A stretch of DNA of 64,000 nt from Ophelia neglecta (lineage: Eukaryota). Below are positions 11,901-26,900 of this stretch, piece by piece. The position numbers and the translations under genes are program-made. Position 1 is the stretch's first letter. Every line of letters starts with the position of its first letter. The stretch lies in the NCBI GenBank assembly GCA_965285935.1, contig OZ260666.1, positions 34,410,001 through 34,474,000 on the forward strand. Direction: 5' to 3'. The notes beneath the pieces were generated by a model, which saw only the letters and a program-made list of their open reading frames with translations, ran no database searches and was not told where the DNA came from.

Positions 11901-14900
11901 TCCAAGACATATGCACCTCATCTTCTATACGCTCAGGGACTTAGCCATAATCTATAATTCTCATTTCTTATTTTTTGCGATCCATTTCTATTTGGACATT
12001 GTCACTTCCACATTAGAGCTGTCAGACAGGGGAAACCTATAGGCCTGGCCTTGTCATTTTCATGGCCACTTTTGTCACACTAAGTAATATAGTTGTTTTC
12101 AATGATGCTGGCCATTTTCTCCTGAGACTGTCTTCACACTGGGAGGCAGATATGAGGAACCAGGAGGCAGCCCCGAGGAGCATCACCCATCGTTACTCTT
12201 CTTATTGGCTCCTTGTCCACCATATTCGGGTGAGAAAGTAAATCAGAATGTAAATATACCGCTGTGCTTACATTAACTCTAATAAAACAGATCGAAATAT
12301 CACCATAAATTCTTTTATCTTGTCAGAAGGCATCATAAGAAAGATATGTCAAGCAATGAAGCCTAAGTATACAGGATCAGAGAAACCATTATTTCAATTA
12401 GTCTACTTCATTGAGCAAACAATATACTGATAAATGTACAATAGTGATTCCTTTTGATGCCATCTTGTGTGTTCCCAACATGGTGACCAAAGATCGCAGA
12501 AGAAAGGGAGAGAAAGGGATTTATCGACAGGCGACATCCATTATGGGTCACAGATATTGATAAACAAAAGGCTCTATTACTTCTGCAGCCAGCAAATATC
12601 CAGGTTAAGGAGAGAGGATCAAAGAACATTATACTCTATGCTCACTGTGTTGTCCATTTCAATAATCGAGTTCAAATCAGGCTTTAGATAGGCTCAATAA
12701 CACTGACCAGCAAAAACAACAGCCAACTTAGGTGATCAAAACAAGGAAGTTAGTTCATGGATTTTGGTCCCAAAGTTGGTTGGTCTGACTTCAAACAAAC
12801 TTACTTCAAGTAAGCCTGTTTGAAGGCAGTGGAACATTCAACAACTGGCACAATAAATCGAAAGTTTTACACAACCAACCTTGGAGGCAAAAGAAATTTG
12901 GCAAAAAGGTCTTACTTTTATCAGAGATGTGTATATATATATATATATATATATGTATATGATTATTCATTTTGCACGAGTGAACCCAACACATAATTAA
13001 TATATTTCTTAGTTCTGTTAGGCAAAATACTAATGTATAGTTAATATTTCAGTACAAGCTCCAAGCTACAAAAGTGTCTTCCACTCTATATACATGAATT
13101 GATATGCCATCTATTAAGCTATAATTCATCCTGGAGTGATTACCTATTCATTTGATGTGTTGCTGTACAGAAAAAACTTAATGAATAATAGCCTCAGAAC
13201 ACCAGGAATAAATGTCCTCCTGACATACAGAAAGCTGATTAAAGAAAGCTGATTTATACTTATTTTTCAGACTTTTTTTTGATGTACAAAGAGCATATAC
13301 AGGTAATAGCACATGAAACCTGTCTGGCTAAAAGGGACTCACATTCACACATCAGTTAATTTGTGTCTATAATTACCAATCAGGAACATACCATTACTTA
13401 TTTATAAATGTTTTTCCTTACAACACCAGCTCTAGTATATATCACTTTCTAGATGAGATCAGCCAAGTTAATTAGAAAACAAAAGGGATTTTATGGCTGG
13501 TCTGACATAAATATAAGCAAACATGATGGCTGGCACTGACATATAAGACAAACAACTAAAATCATTATCACTGTCCCAGCATGCAACAGGGGACAGAGTT
13601 TGCCAGATTACACTGGATATAAATCATTTTTATTTGCCATTTGTTGACTCAAAGTGTACAAGCAACAGTTTTCAACAGCTGTCGCTCTCTCAATTAAACT
13701 GGGGAGTCAATTTAGGATGATGAAAACCAGATTTCCGTAGCATCTTTCACAGCACAATATGCAAATGACATTTTCTTGTACATTGGCCACAAAAAGCATT
13801 CTGGGTAGCTATCAGACAAGATTGCCCTGGGCCATTTCACATCTACACACAATGACAATGGAACACATTAGGTTAACATGGAGCTTGGAGAGCTTTTTTC
13901 AATGACTTGATAAGGGGTCTTGGCTGTTTGACCCGGGGGTGACACCAGGCTTATGGGGATTGATGACCAGCCCCTGAGATCATCCCCTCTGCCTCTCTGC
14001 TGGCCCTGGTGGCAGGCCTCTGGCATACCCCACTCACCCTGCAGGGCCCTGTGTCACACACACCCCATATTTTCCCCCTACTTTAATTCACATTCCACAA
14101 CTTGTAAAGTTCCCACTTATACCAGCTCTGTTTAGTGTTACTCTGACTGGCTCTCTCTTCTGTAACAACTTAGCTAGGACTAGCCTTTCATTGTCTCCAC
14201 AGACAAATTGTTCCCTGCTTCCACTGTGATCTGGTGGTTGTTTATTGTCAAGATATGGCCAGACTCCTAAGAAGACAAACCAAATGTTTCCCATGGAGCT
14301 GGCTACTGAATCAAGCCAGCCAGAAAGCAGGATAAGCCAGGGGACAAATTGCTCCGTCTGATTCTCGGAGGAGAGCTAAAACTCTCAGAAAACGGTCTAG
14401 AGCGCTGATAACAAAAAGAGTGGGTCTGAGTAAGCGTCTGTGGGTGGGAGTAACAAAAGGATTGGCTAGTGGTAAATGATGTGGCCAAGTGTGAGGCCTG
14501 GGAGGGCTATCTCAGCCCTCTCTCTAAGCCCCTTGCTCCTAACAACTGTCAGGAGCTGTCAGAAGCTCTCCCATTATCTCTACCATTATTCGCTTGGACG
14601 TCACTCCAAGTGCCAGCTGACGATTGTTGCCTAATTTCCATTGGCAGTCGCAGAACGCAACAATGACAACAGATTGCGGCTCTGAGCTGACATGAACAAT
14701 CCTAAATTCTTGATTACTGGCTCACATTGAACATTAGGTCGCCAAATTGCAAATGGTGGAAAGATGAGTATGTCACATCTCTAAGAAGGATATAAGGAGA
14801 TACTAGATTACTTGCCAGTCAATAAGTGAGAGTCAAGTACAGGCAGACAGTTGGTGTCAGGTCTAAGGTCTCCACATGTATGTATAGGGTCTTATGTCTC

Positions 14901-17900
14901 TGTGTACTAGGTCTAAGGTCTCTCTGATTGCTTCGGACCAGCTCACCAGAGACAAAGGTGGCACATATCAACGCTAATCAGATATGAGCTGGGGACTCCA
15001 TGCTGATATGGCAGAACAAATGTTTGATATAGCTGCAAATGTCACCAATATAAAGCCACCACTGTCACTGTCCATCAGACCTCGCAGTCCGCCTTACACA
15101 ATCAACACTGTGATTGTCTCGCCACAGAAAAAACAAACCAACTAACCTTGGCACCGTGTAATGTGGTATTACACCCAGTGCCCTCAGACTTAGTCTCTTT
15201 GATCACCCAGACAATTAACTACAATACTCTGATTAATCCAATCTGGTGCCAGTCTAGGAGGCAGGAAGAAAGTGAAAATTGTTTATGCTTGCCAAGCCAT
15301 AGATGGCAATATGAGCTGTACTGGGATACGTGAGGTGTTGTTTGGATCGTGGGAAAGTACAAACCCCAGTCTTTGTGCTGTGATATCTTCACATATCTTT
15401 ACATTTAAGGGAAAAAAACACTGCCGCTGTGATTTGAGATTAAATCTCAAAAACAATTCTAGTCTCCCACTTGTTTATTTTAGAAATCATATGCTTTGAA
15501 TTATAAACGCATCCTTCACCCCGTTTGCCCATAAAAACTTGGCCTAAGTCTTCGGATGTCATCTCCATTGGCAACAATGGCGCTAGCCCGAAAAAGGGTG
15601 TCTCTGTCACCGGGAGGGGCCGTGCATTCTCAGACAAACAAATTAAATCTATTGAAAGTTGACAGGACTTTCATATGTGTCTGCTATCAAGTCAGATTGG
15701 CTAATTTGACATTTCTGACGGGGCGAGACTCTGATAATTATCTAAGGCACATGGTTGAGGTGCTGTCTGATTATCTTCAGATCCAAGTCACTTCTTTGTG
15801 GATTGTGTTACAGCGGGTCACCACGATGAGAGTGGCTTTGCCCGGCTGCTCCATGCACTCAGTTCATCAACTTTCATCAATGCTTCCTGGCTCCACTCTC
15901 ATTTTTCACCCATTTTTCTCGCATGACTGCCAACAACACTTTTGCCACTCTATATTGCACAAAATGTTGCTGGCCGACTCGCAATATTTCTCATCAATTT
16001 TACAAATTGTGGAGCTATGTTGGAGATGGTGGGGTGCCCAACCAACAATACCCACCTCACACAACAGAATTCTGGGTAATCCATCTCTTACAAATGACAG
16101 CTCATCAATAACGCCCAGATTTTTGCTATTTATCTCAGCATTTTGTGTCCACACCTGCCAGACATAAGCACTTTTATTATACTGGCTCCATAATTCATTG
16201 TTGGTTATATTAATTTTACTTTGCAGGCACCTCAGAAGGCAACTAACCGGTCGGCATTTCAACGTACCAACCGCAGAGTGCCGATAGACTCCCACAACAA
16301 AATGAAACAAAACGTGCAGGCAGCCTCTCCCGTTACTTGCTGGCTGCCTGGTGATGATGTTTTTTGTGATTTTAACCCTAATAATTTACAGTGGGGTCTT
16401 CTGACCTCTGACCTCCTCCCACTTCCCCACCAAGTTGATTGTCTTCCTTGAGCTTGATGCTGACAATGAAAAGTGCTCAGTGATAAAAAAAAGCAGATTT
16501 TCATAGCAATGTTTCAGCAATGTTTCGCCCACTTTCTAAGGTTTAACTTATATCCAACGGGATTGGTTTAATCTTGGCAGGCCATCTTGAACATTTGCCA
16601 TGCAACTTAATCATGACAAATATGAATATCAGGAATATTTGATTAGCTTTGTGAGGCCATTATATTGAAAGTTAGCCCAGTGATGGGTTATATGAGCCAA
16701 GACAGCCCTGCATGGATCTAAGCCCAATAGCCATCCCAAAGGCTGACACGAACATCCCACTCCCCAACCAACCCACCAAACCCAGCCATACAAATATCCA
16801 CTTGTTGAAATTTCTGATTTATCATTGCCCAACTTTTGCTGGTAGGAAGAAATAAAACAGGTTTTAGCATCTCTGTTGGGTTCCTTATCGCAATATTAAG
16901 TGACTCCTGCCCCAGTCATCTGACCCCGGCCATCTGACCCCTGCCTTATTAGGACGATTGCCACCAAGTGGCACTACTGTAACACATATAGCCCAGCCAT
17001 GATACTCCAGCCAATGTAACAGGACACTTTAGGCCCATGGACTTAGCCAGCTGACTTAGGCCTTGTACAGATGTTAAGTTTAGCAATGTGAATTGTTATC
17101 ATCTTTAAATATCCCCTGAGTATATTAGCATAATCTAAAATGTGACATTGCAGTTTTACTTTCTACTATACATCAATCATCATGCAGATATTGTTGACTA
17201 AATTTCATTATTCATGTAACCATTTTAACATATATACTTTCTCTTTTTCTGTTTGTACATTTATACTATCTATCAATTAATATATATTTGAAAAAATGGA
17301 TATAAATCATAATCAGACACTCCAATTAAAATAATATGAGAGGATGACTCTTTTCAGATAAGATTTCATGTTGTTTAATTAACCATATACATAGTTAATT
17401 GGTTAATTGATAATGACACATATTACATTATACATGTAATCTGCCATTACAAAGGCCATACAATCTCTGAGGAGATGATGTCCAACAACATGTGTTTCTA
17501 CGGCTATGATACACTGGAATTTAATTACCAATTAGACAGGGGTAATTAGTTATAGAAATTGTTAATCAGTGAAACGGACTTTTGCTATTATTTCCCCCCC
17601 CCCCCCAACGTAACTATTTTCTTCCATAAAGTTCATGTTTTTCCCATACATGTACATCTATAAGCTCTTTCATTGTTTTCTTTGGCATATCACAGCTTTC
17701 ATCCACAGTTTTGCTATCTTTTTGGAAAGCATGTGCATGCTGATACAGTAACTTTCTTATAGTAAATAACACAATAGTTTTGCAACCGAGAGGAAGTGTT
17801 ACTGAATCATACGGAAATACTTTGTCTAAGAAATGTCTAATGTTATATATCAGTATTCAGGAGGACACACACACAAAACTCCTTTCTTCAGCCTTCGCAT

Positions 17901-20900
17901 CAAAAGAAAAACTTTTATTAGCAATTTAACAACAACTGTACCAATGTCGCCCACAGAACCTCAAAGAGGCTGAAAAGCAACAGAAATAATTGCATATGTG
18001 TTCGAATGTCAGTCATGAAAGTTACTCCTTAATTTTCCTGCCTTTGGATAAAGCAGTTGGTAAAGAGAGGATATGATTAGCAAGGCTGTGCTGAATCATG
18101 ATCGCTAATTAACAATCTTCAATGTAATTAATCTGTGTCAGCCATACAGCATTGTTGAGGTTGTGTTACACCTAGGCTGTGAGCTTTGTTGATAGAGAAG
18201 AGTAGACCTTTTCTGTAAGCATCTTTAATGATCTGGACTTAATTCTTACCAACTAGTGCACCCCTATTATTGCCAGCAGCCAGTTTAATGGCTATTTATG
18301 TGGTAGTTTTGCATCAACACCTCCTAGAAATGTTCTCAATGATCATTCTCTTCAAGGACTGGCTGAACAGAGACATGTGTAAAGGTAACATGAATTAACA
18401 ACACCCTAATCTACATAGACTTCCTCCCCAGGAACATGTGTTGTTGAGGCTCTTCCCATGTGTTTTCTCATGGTGATTTGGTTTTCTCCAACTTTTCTTG
18501 AGCCAATGATCTAATTATCTTCACCACTAAGGTAGCAGAGACAACCTGGACAAAATTAATCAGGGCCTTGGGCAAACACACACTCTGCGATTGGTAGAAA
18601 TTCATTTTCATATCCCACATTGTCAACTTGGTTGGCAGCCTTCAGCTAGATCTTCACAAGTTCGCCGCCACCACGTACCTTCTCTGCCACGGAAAATAAT
18701 AAGAAATGCTTTGTTGTCAGTGCGGCTGTCACCTGATTTCATCTTCTTACTGTGGAGACAGGTGTTCTGACAAGAATTAATACTGTGCTCAGTTGTGAGT
18801 TAGCTAAGCCGGTTGAGGTATTAGCCATTACTCAGCCAGCAATTCCATACACAGACCATCCTCTGTCTAACCACCACCTTTATTAGACGCATCCCTCAAA
18901 GATGATTTCCCTTAATCCCCTTTTGTGGCTGAAACAACAGCTCCTAAGACCCCTTCCCGCAAATTAAGGACCCTAACGCTGGCAAGCCACAATAATATTT
19001 TCTTGATTAGCCTTTGTGGGTAAGCGGCTTAGGGCTGAGAACAAGGTATGCTATGTGGGGATTGGGAAGGGTTCAGCATAGAAAAACTGGTCAACTACCC
19101 GCTTTCACTCACTGTACAGTGGCATTAGACTCCAAGGTGAAGCAAATACTCCACAAACCTATAAAATAATGTAGAACAAGTAGAGCCAGCAGCAGATGAG
19201 AAGGTTATTGTCTTCATCCTATTCAGCCACAGTCATCCAGGTTGTAGAATGAGACCAAATGTTTAGGATTCTACTTCAATCTACAAATGTAGTTTGGCAT
19301 GAAAAGATTGAAATAATTGGAGATAATGGTGTCCGGGTACCCAGCGGGTTGAGCAGACTTTTTCTCCCCCCTCTTATTTCGACCTTGCGTACACCGACTT
19401 CCTGGAAACAAACAACTTTATTATTTCCTCGCCCACAGCCAGGCCTGACCCAGACCAATGACCCAAAAACACAGCTTCCGATAATTTTGAGTTCTGCTTT
19501 GTGCACACTACTTTAAAAGATCTGTGAAAATGTGCAGAAGAAAAGATAAGGCAAATAACCTGTGATAAGCTGACAGAGTGAGAATAGATTCTAACAGCTC
19601 GGACAACCAGTGCTTGTCTTCCTGCCAACACATGACCTTTATTCACTTGGCACAAAGATGATCAGAATTCATCTATCAATACTTGTGAGAGTTGGTATAA
19701 TGAGAAGGCCAATGATCAGTAGCAGGAAACTGATCTGCTCTCCTGGACACTCCCGGCTGCACGTGCCATTGGTCAGTTAATACATCACACAGCATGCCTT
19801 CCTAGTGACACGAACTCTGACCTCATTTGGCTGACCTCCGACCTAGCAGACTGAAATATAGAAGGCCAAGCACACAGTGTATGGCACTAAATAAAATATA
19901 ACAGAGCTGGTGTCAGTGGAGAGTATAAGTTCATTATTGTACTCAGTGGGAGGTGACACCCATTCTGAGGCTAATCTGGAAACGCCATGAAATGCATTGG
20001 CCCTCCTGGGGGAACAATTTATTGGGGATGCCATTTGATTTCTTCACCTGCGGTCAGTCAAGACTTGCCAAGGAGGCTGGTGTTAGCTAGTCAGACAGAC
20101 CCTGATGGACCTGTATTGAGTTATAGCCTGAATGAAAACGGGTTACAATTTCAGCCCCATTATCATGCATGAAAGAAAGGCAGGCCTTATTTAGATGTGC
20201 TTACAGGGCAGGAATCTCTAGAAGCCTCCTGCTGATCTTCATTAGTTCATGATCAGATCAATCAGAGGGTATCAAAGATACATTATGTCTGTTAGTGACA
20301 GCAACCAGCAACTACAAGGGCGCACTACCCATCTCCTCCTTATTAACCCCCCCCTTCCCCACCCCACCCACCACCAAAGATGTCATCACCTAATAACAAG
20401 GTAAATGTTCTCATCAGGGAGACAGTGACAATCCTTTAATTAACAATAACATTTAACTAAGCCAGCTTGTTGAGAAGCTCCGAGTGAGTACTGTGAACTC
20501 TGAAATGCCATATCTACACTTATTTATGGATTGAATTAACCTGCTCCCCTAAGAGAACATGTGTCAGGCACTGTTTTTTCTCCTTCTCCAAATTTCATTC
20601 CAAGAGATAGTTGTTGAGTAAATGTATATGATGTACTTGGCAAAAAAGGCCCCATGGATGGAAGTACAAATTATCATGCACATTAACTTCTCTATCTCAA
20701 ATGTCAATTAGCAAAGGTTGGAGAGGGAACCGGCTAGTCAAGTGGGAGACAAATATCACAAGTCAAACTGCAAGTCAAACTGCAAGTCAAACTGCAAATC
20801 AAACATGATATCATATGACTTACTGAAAATCAAAGTCAAGGAACTTGGTAACAACCCATCCAAATAGTCACTGCCCTCCCAAAAATATGGCTCTTTATCC

Positions 20901-23900
20901 AGTTTTCCAATTTCAATAAATTGCAGCAAATGTAAAGCCATATTTGCGAAATGAAACAAGCCATTAGATAGAAGGTTCATGATTCAGAATGGGCGGCTGA
21001 CAACGGCAAATAGGGATAAAAGGCTGTTGGCTTTATAGCTTCATCTTTATGTCATAAATGGTAATAACAATAGGATTGCATGGCACGGCTACAACTAATA
21101 TGCTGGATATTGGGGGCAGAGTGGCGCAGGCATACACAATAAAACGACCAATAAACCTCGCACTCTTTGTCATTCCTTACATATCACAAATACACCGGTG
21201 GCAGGCAGGCCAAGAACAAGTCAGAAATGAGCGTAGGGGATTCCACAATGAGATCAGAAGTGAGAAGACATATATCTGACAAATGGAGCAATCACGCTGA
21301 CCCGCTGACTACACCGACATGACAATTGTACAGGCCGCTCGTTTTCTCCCCCATAATTCCAATATAACTAGAAACCCTGAGGGAACCTGGCCAATCCATC
21401 GGGGAAAAACTCACAAGCCAGGGCTATATTTACATGCCAGAAGTGACAAATGATCTGACCGATGGCCCCCAAGTAACAATCGAGATCCAATTGTCTGAGA
21501 TGGTTTCATTTTGGCGGGGTTGACTTTTGTGATTGGGTAAAGCCGATCGCCGACTTTTAGCGGGACATTAGGCCAGATATGGATGGGCCTTGGCCATGGT
21601 AGAACCATAACTCACACGATTAGGAAATTGGTGTGGGGGCAGTGTTGTTTAACACGAGCCAGTCTCCTATTGTCATTGTGACCTCAGAGTGACCCAATAT
21701 ATTTGGGCTAACACACAAACTGTCAAAATCCAATTTCATTACTGCCGTCAGAACTCGTTAAACAACACCAAAAAAGACTACAAAAATGGTGATGCGAAGC
21801 ATTTAGGAAAGAGCTCACTTTATGAGATCGGTATTTTATTCAATGCCCATTGCAGCCGTATACAATTGCAGAAAAAAAATCCATTCTTAAATCAAGTCTT
21901 CAGAACTCCTATCCTGGGCTTCATTGTGCCTCTTAAATGGTATATCTGATGCCATGTAAGTCAAGACGTAGAGCACTCCAAGGATTCTGGACGGCAGGAA
22001 ATGGAGAATTTATTCAACGCATCCTGTGCAAAGCCTGTGATGATGAAAAATTATGATTGTCCAGGTAATAATCAAATGCAAAGTGTTGCAAATGGGCACA
22101 TTTATCTGGTGATAGGCCTGGGAGACGGAGTCTTCAGCAGGCTCCATTATGCCCTATCTGTGGCCACCAATGAAGCTTTGATTCCGGCGAACACAAGCGA
22201 CAAAGTCACATCTAAATTGATGCAGGCCAAACACAAAGTGAAACAAAGTGCTTCGATAAGCAAAATTAGACAATTAGTGACACAAGCCTGGGAAAACAGT
22301 CTTAGATATCGCTGATGAATCTGACCATGGCTGGATTAGAAAGAAAAAAGTGTCAGGAAGGCGCAGATCGGCCGAGATGCTGCTTTACCAGTGTCAGAGC
22401 AGACAAACGATTGGCTCAAAATGGTAGCTGGATAATGGATAGTTCCATCAGAGTGTACATTAAGAAAGGATCAATTCATTAGAACAAAGGCCAGTGATGT
22501 CACAGTTGGGCTTTGCTGTGTATTTTAGGGCCCCGTCGTGTACATACATGAATATGATGGTCCGCCTTCATCCCGTTCTACGCCCTCCGTCTGTCTCTGA
22601 TCAAAGACCAGCTCTGATGAGCAGCTCTAGATTGGTACATTTGTCTTGTGCATAGAGCCATTGTGAAATGGTCTTTTGGGTGCCATCGCTACCAGGCCAA
22701 GAGGCATTAGCCTTCACGATTACCCCTACTCTGACTCCTTTTGTCTTCACCTTCTTGCCTCTTCTTATTAACACTGGCAACCTAACTGCTCAATGGACAC
22801 ACAGCCAATAGGCCCATGTTTTCCCAAGTTGCAGATTTCTGCAAAATAGTCTTCCCTGGCCATAACAATGCAGAGACAGAAATATACCAGGATGTCAAAG
22901 TTGATTGGTATTGTCTTCCATTAGGGCTGAATTGCAGGCGTTATTCAATTTGCCGATGGAAATCTTGTTTTGGCAGGCAAGCCTTTGTCAGACACGCACA
23001 ACAATACATCCCGTGGCCCATAAGACATTAGAAGGGCTGCCTTGCGAGACCGGAGCAGCAAGACACCGACTTCTAATGTGAAGAGTTCAAAGCAAGAGAT
23101 GTGGCCCAACTGAGATCCAATAAACCACCTTCTATACTGCATAAAACACTTGTAGTCGGAGCTAACCTCTAAAATACATAGCGGTTTACTACATCAGTTT
23201 GGTCTCCATAGTCGACTTTGTACGGCGATAAAAGCAGAATGGATTGATAACGGTTACATAGATTTGTCTCCCAGAATGCCACCAGGATTGTAAGGGGATG
23301 TAGCCTGCTCACTAAGGCCTAAAAATTATACACCGTACAATCTTTCATTACCTATGTACATCCAACAGTTTACAATGGCATAGCAAATGTGGACAAAGGT
23401 GCCAAGCATGATAAAAGACTGATGAAGGGTTTAGGAGCCAAAGTTATGATGTTACCAGACAGGCACTCATCAATTCTTAGACATAGTCAGGGGCGTATTA
23501 AGTCGCAGACTAGTGCACGTGCCATGGCTGTCAAAACAAAAGGAAAAACTTTGAGCAAATTTGAAAAAGTTGTCTTTCTTTACTAACAGAGTAAACTAAA
23601 GAGACACAAGTGTAAGCATAGAATTGTGTTTTCCTCTGCACCAAGAAAAAAGAGGAGGAAACAAGGCTGACATGAAAGTTTCACATTATTCAGCGGAGAA
23701 CAAGTTGTTTCAAAGTGAGTGATTCTGTAAGTGAGGGACTGTGAGAGATATAAGAGCATTGGTTGCAGATAGGGTCCTGCCTCCATCTGTCTCAGGCGTC
23801 AGTCCGTGCCTCGCTGCCACAATCATAGATCTGCCCACATTCCATTGTGTATGGGTGCCGAATCATCACCCATCAATCGCCATAGACAAATATATTCTCT

Positions 23901-26900
23901 CTCACCCACTATCAGACCCACTTATCCTCACCCTTTCATTTCTCTTCTTCAGTTACTCTGTATTTCACGTATTATCAACCAGGCAGCAGCCTTTTTTAAC
24001 ACTCTCTTTGCTTGTTCCTACTTGAGTCCTGAGTGGGGGCTTCAAACTCGCACAAAAAGGCCAACTCGGTCTGAGAGATTTTGTTTCCAGTAAATCCAAT
24101 TTTCTTTTGTGATAACTTTTTTCATCTTCAAATGCATATCATCGTATTGATATGCTGGTTGAAAGTTTCAAAATGAGCTTGTTCTAACCAGATCATTTTA
24201 GTGTTCTGGCAGAAATAGTCCCAACCTCTTGAGCCCCAATGTCTTTCATCCCAAGTGAGACAAACTAGAGATATCAGAGGCATTTCATTTGTAGATTATA
24301 GTGTTAGAATTCTAGGTAATAAATCTGAGATGAGGTCCTAGCAGGTGTTAAAGAGTAATGTGTATCCTATTTATGAAACTCAATAATACATGGCTGGCAA
24401 CTTCAAAAGCCAGTGGGCAGTCGAGGGAGGAACAGCTCTCAACTGACACCGCCAATGAATTTCTAGATAAACGCTTCAAAGAGATGCCAATAGAGGTTTA
24501 GAAGTGCTATAATTATGAGCTTTGTAATGTAAAAACAGTGAAATGGATATTGTTCTGAGTGATGAACAGTGTATGCCTGGCTATCAACACCAAGCCTCCC
24601 CTAGCTTGGAAGCCTTTGCTGCCACTGCTGCCAGCTGTGAAAGAGAAATCTCTAAAGAAGTTGCTTTCTTTAATTCCATTAAGCTGTCGACCAAAGTAGA
24701 AAGGCCGCCCATTATTTCAAACAAAACATGCTCTGAAACTTTTGCCACAGTATCCCTAGGGTGGAGCCAAGTAGAACAAAAACAAAGCCCGTGTGGTGGT
24801 GAGTTGTCGGGGCCGTGAGCGAGTGGCTTTGGTTGGCGCTTCCCTAGGGTGGACTTTAATCTACTTGCTACTCTAGCCTTAGAAGCCCCTGGGCCTTGCA
24901 CAGGTCGCCCAGCCAAATCTATTTTCAATTCGTTTATTGTTGCGGAGCAGCGTTGTTAGTGCCCCGACATCCCACAATACGGACGGGACATTTTTATGTC
25001 ATTTCCTGTGAACGACCTACACTTCCTCTCTGCCTGCTTTAATCTCCACCTCTGTGCCCCAGGCCAACAAGGAGGTCACGGCAAATCCATTTTCGATTGT
25101 TGTCCCGCTTTTCTCTGCACTTTGGTGACATCCCACTTAAAGGAATTCTGTCTGTCTGCTGACGACTCCATCATTTCCAAGATGGTCAATATCTTAACAT
25201 TATTTAAAAGGAAATGGCATTGGCGCACTCACCAAATATACTTTATGATTCACTTGTTCCTAGTATGGATTTTCCGGTAGCCCGCGCCTGAGACAGACAT
25301 CGTTTGACTGTACCCAGTGTCATCTATTAGGCTCATTAGACCCCAATGCACCTGTATTTTCTGGGGCAAACAAAGTTATTCTTGATTTATTTCACATATT
25401 ACTGCAGCCCAGCCATTATTCTGGGCCAACACCATCTTCTCTCCCCTGACAAGACAAAGAAATTAGGACCACCCCATAATGGAGCTGGTCAATGGTATTT
25501 AGGCTCCCGAGAGACACAAGGATTGGGGAACAATCCCATCGATTGGAGAAATACAATATTTCTGCGAAAGAGAGGATAACTTTATTTGCTGAAACATCAA
25601 TCTTTCCGACACTTGTGCGTCTTTACACAGGCATAGCTAACAATTCCCTTTCAATTCTGTGGCCCCGGTGTCATAAAAAGACAATCCCCACGACAGCCAG
25701 GCCACATGCGGGCAGCCACTTTATATTATAAAGGGTGGTGGGTCAAACGGATTTGTGGGCTGCAGTAAATGAAGGGAGCTGTCCTGTAGGGTGGCGGAGA
25801 CAGGAGTCTGTGGATAGGAAGGCGGGCCACAGTGATCTGGGATGTCAGCGACAGAGGGAGCAAACCGCTAGTCTATGCCACAACTCTGCTGTGCCATACA
25901 CTCGTCATCTCAATTGACTGCAGTAGTATGGTAGAGGACTCCATGTTTGTACATGTGCACATGCAGTACACACACTTTTTTCGAAATGCCACATGTACCA
26001 AATCTAATAAGTTCATAACTTTATATTTGCATAAAACTACTAGCTGACTACTATTATGCCCATGGGGTGAACACAATTGTAATGTAACAATAACAAAATA
26101 TACTTTCTTTATGTTTTAATTTGGCTTGCCTGACCTCACTATGATGTGACATATATATGCTCCAACTAATCTGCTCTCAGACCCTATTTCCCATCATTCA
26201 TGGCACCTACTCACGGGACAATGTTTCAAGCGATGCGGCTATCCCATCCCACCATTCCACTAATCCCGCCATGCATACATCGTCTGCTAGAAAAGCTCCA
26301 TTTATCTGGCCAACTCAGGCCCCACATCCATCCTCGAGTGATTGATGCCGCATTTTGGCATCAGACATTGTACTAAGTCGAGTAATTACAGCAAAGTTCT
26401 TACCCTGGCTTCTGCCATGCTCCTATTTTTGTGTCGGCCCTGATTGTGTCATTAAACGGTTTCTTTGCGGGGATTTGCGCTCCCATCTAATTGAAATCTT
26501 GGCCAATGATTTGGTGCTGAAGGTGCGAGGCCGACAATCCCCTGATCGTCGCGAAATTCATTGTTTCCTTGTCCCTGTTCTGGTCAGAGGGCGATAAATC
26601 AATGTTACCTGTGTCATCGGTGATGCAAGACTTCAGCCCCTCGGGAAAACAGCCTTCTTTACCCAGCCTTAACTGCATTAAAGTGGATTTTCTCATTTAA
26701 TTACCCCTTTTAGCAGAGACTTGCTGGCAGTGAGAAGTTGACAACAGCTTTTGGCTGGCGATTCAAGGGCATTATTGTCTGGTTGTGGCCTAACAAGGGC
26801 TGTGGACTGAACGAGTAGATAAAGGCCCACTCCATCGGTGTGGGGCTCCATTGGGTTTTAATTACAAGTGTCACTTAACCAGCTGAATGTAAACTCTGGC

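Noticed and set aside
15556-16310. 203-aa plus-strand and 134-aa minus-strand ORFs
   Set aside because: No recognisable domain, Leu/Cys/Ser-rich random-like composition, no convincing splice or start context; probably chance ORFs in the intron.
26609-26672. 64-nt phase 0-to-1 exon candidate ([21 protein letters not shown]) that could replace the 37-nt exon
   Set aside because: The acceptor pyrimidine tract is much weaker than at 32150 and the peptide is unremarkable. It cannot be excluded without RNA-seq but is not supportable.
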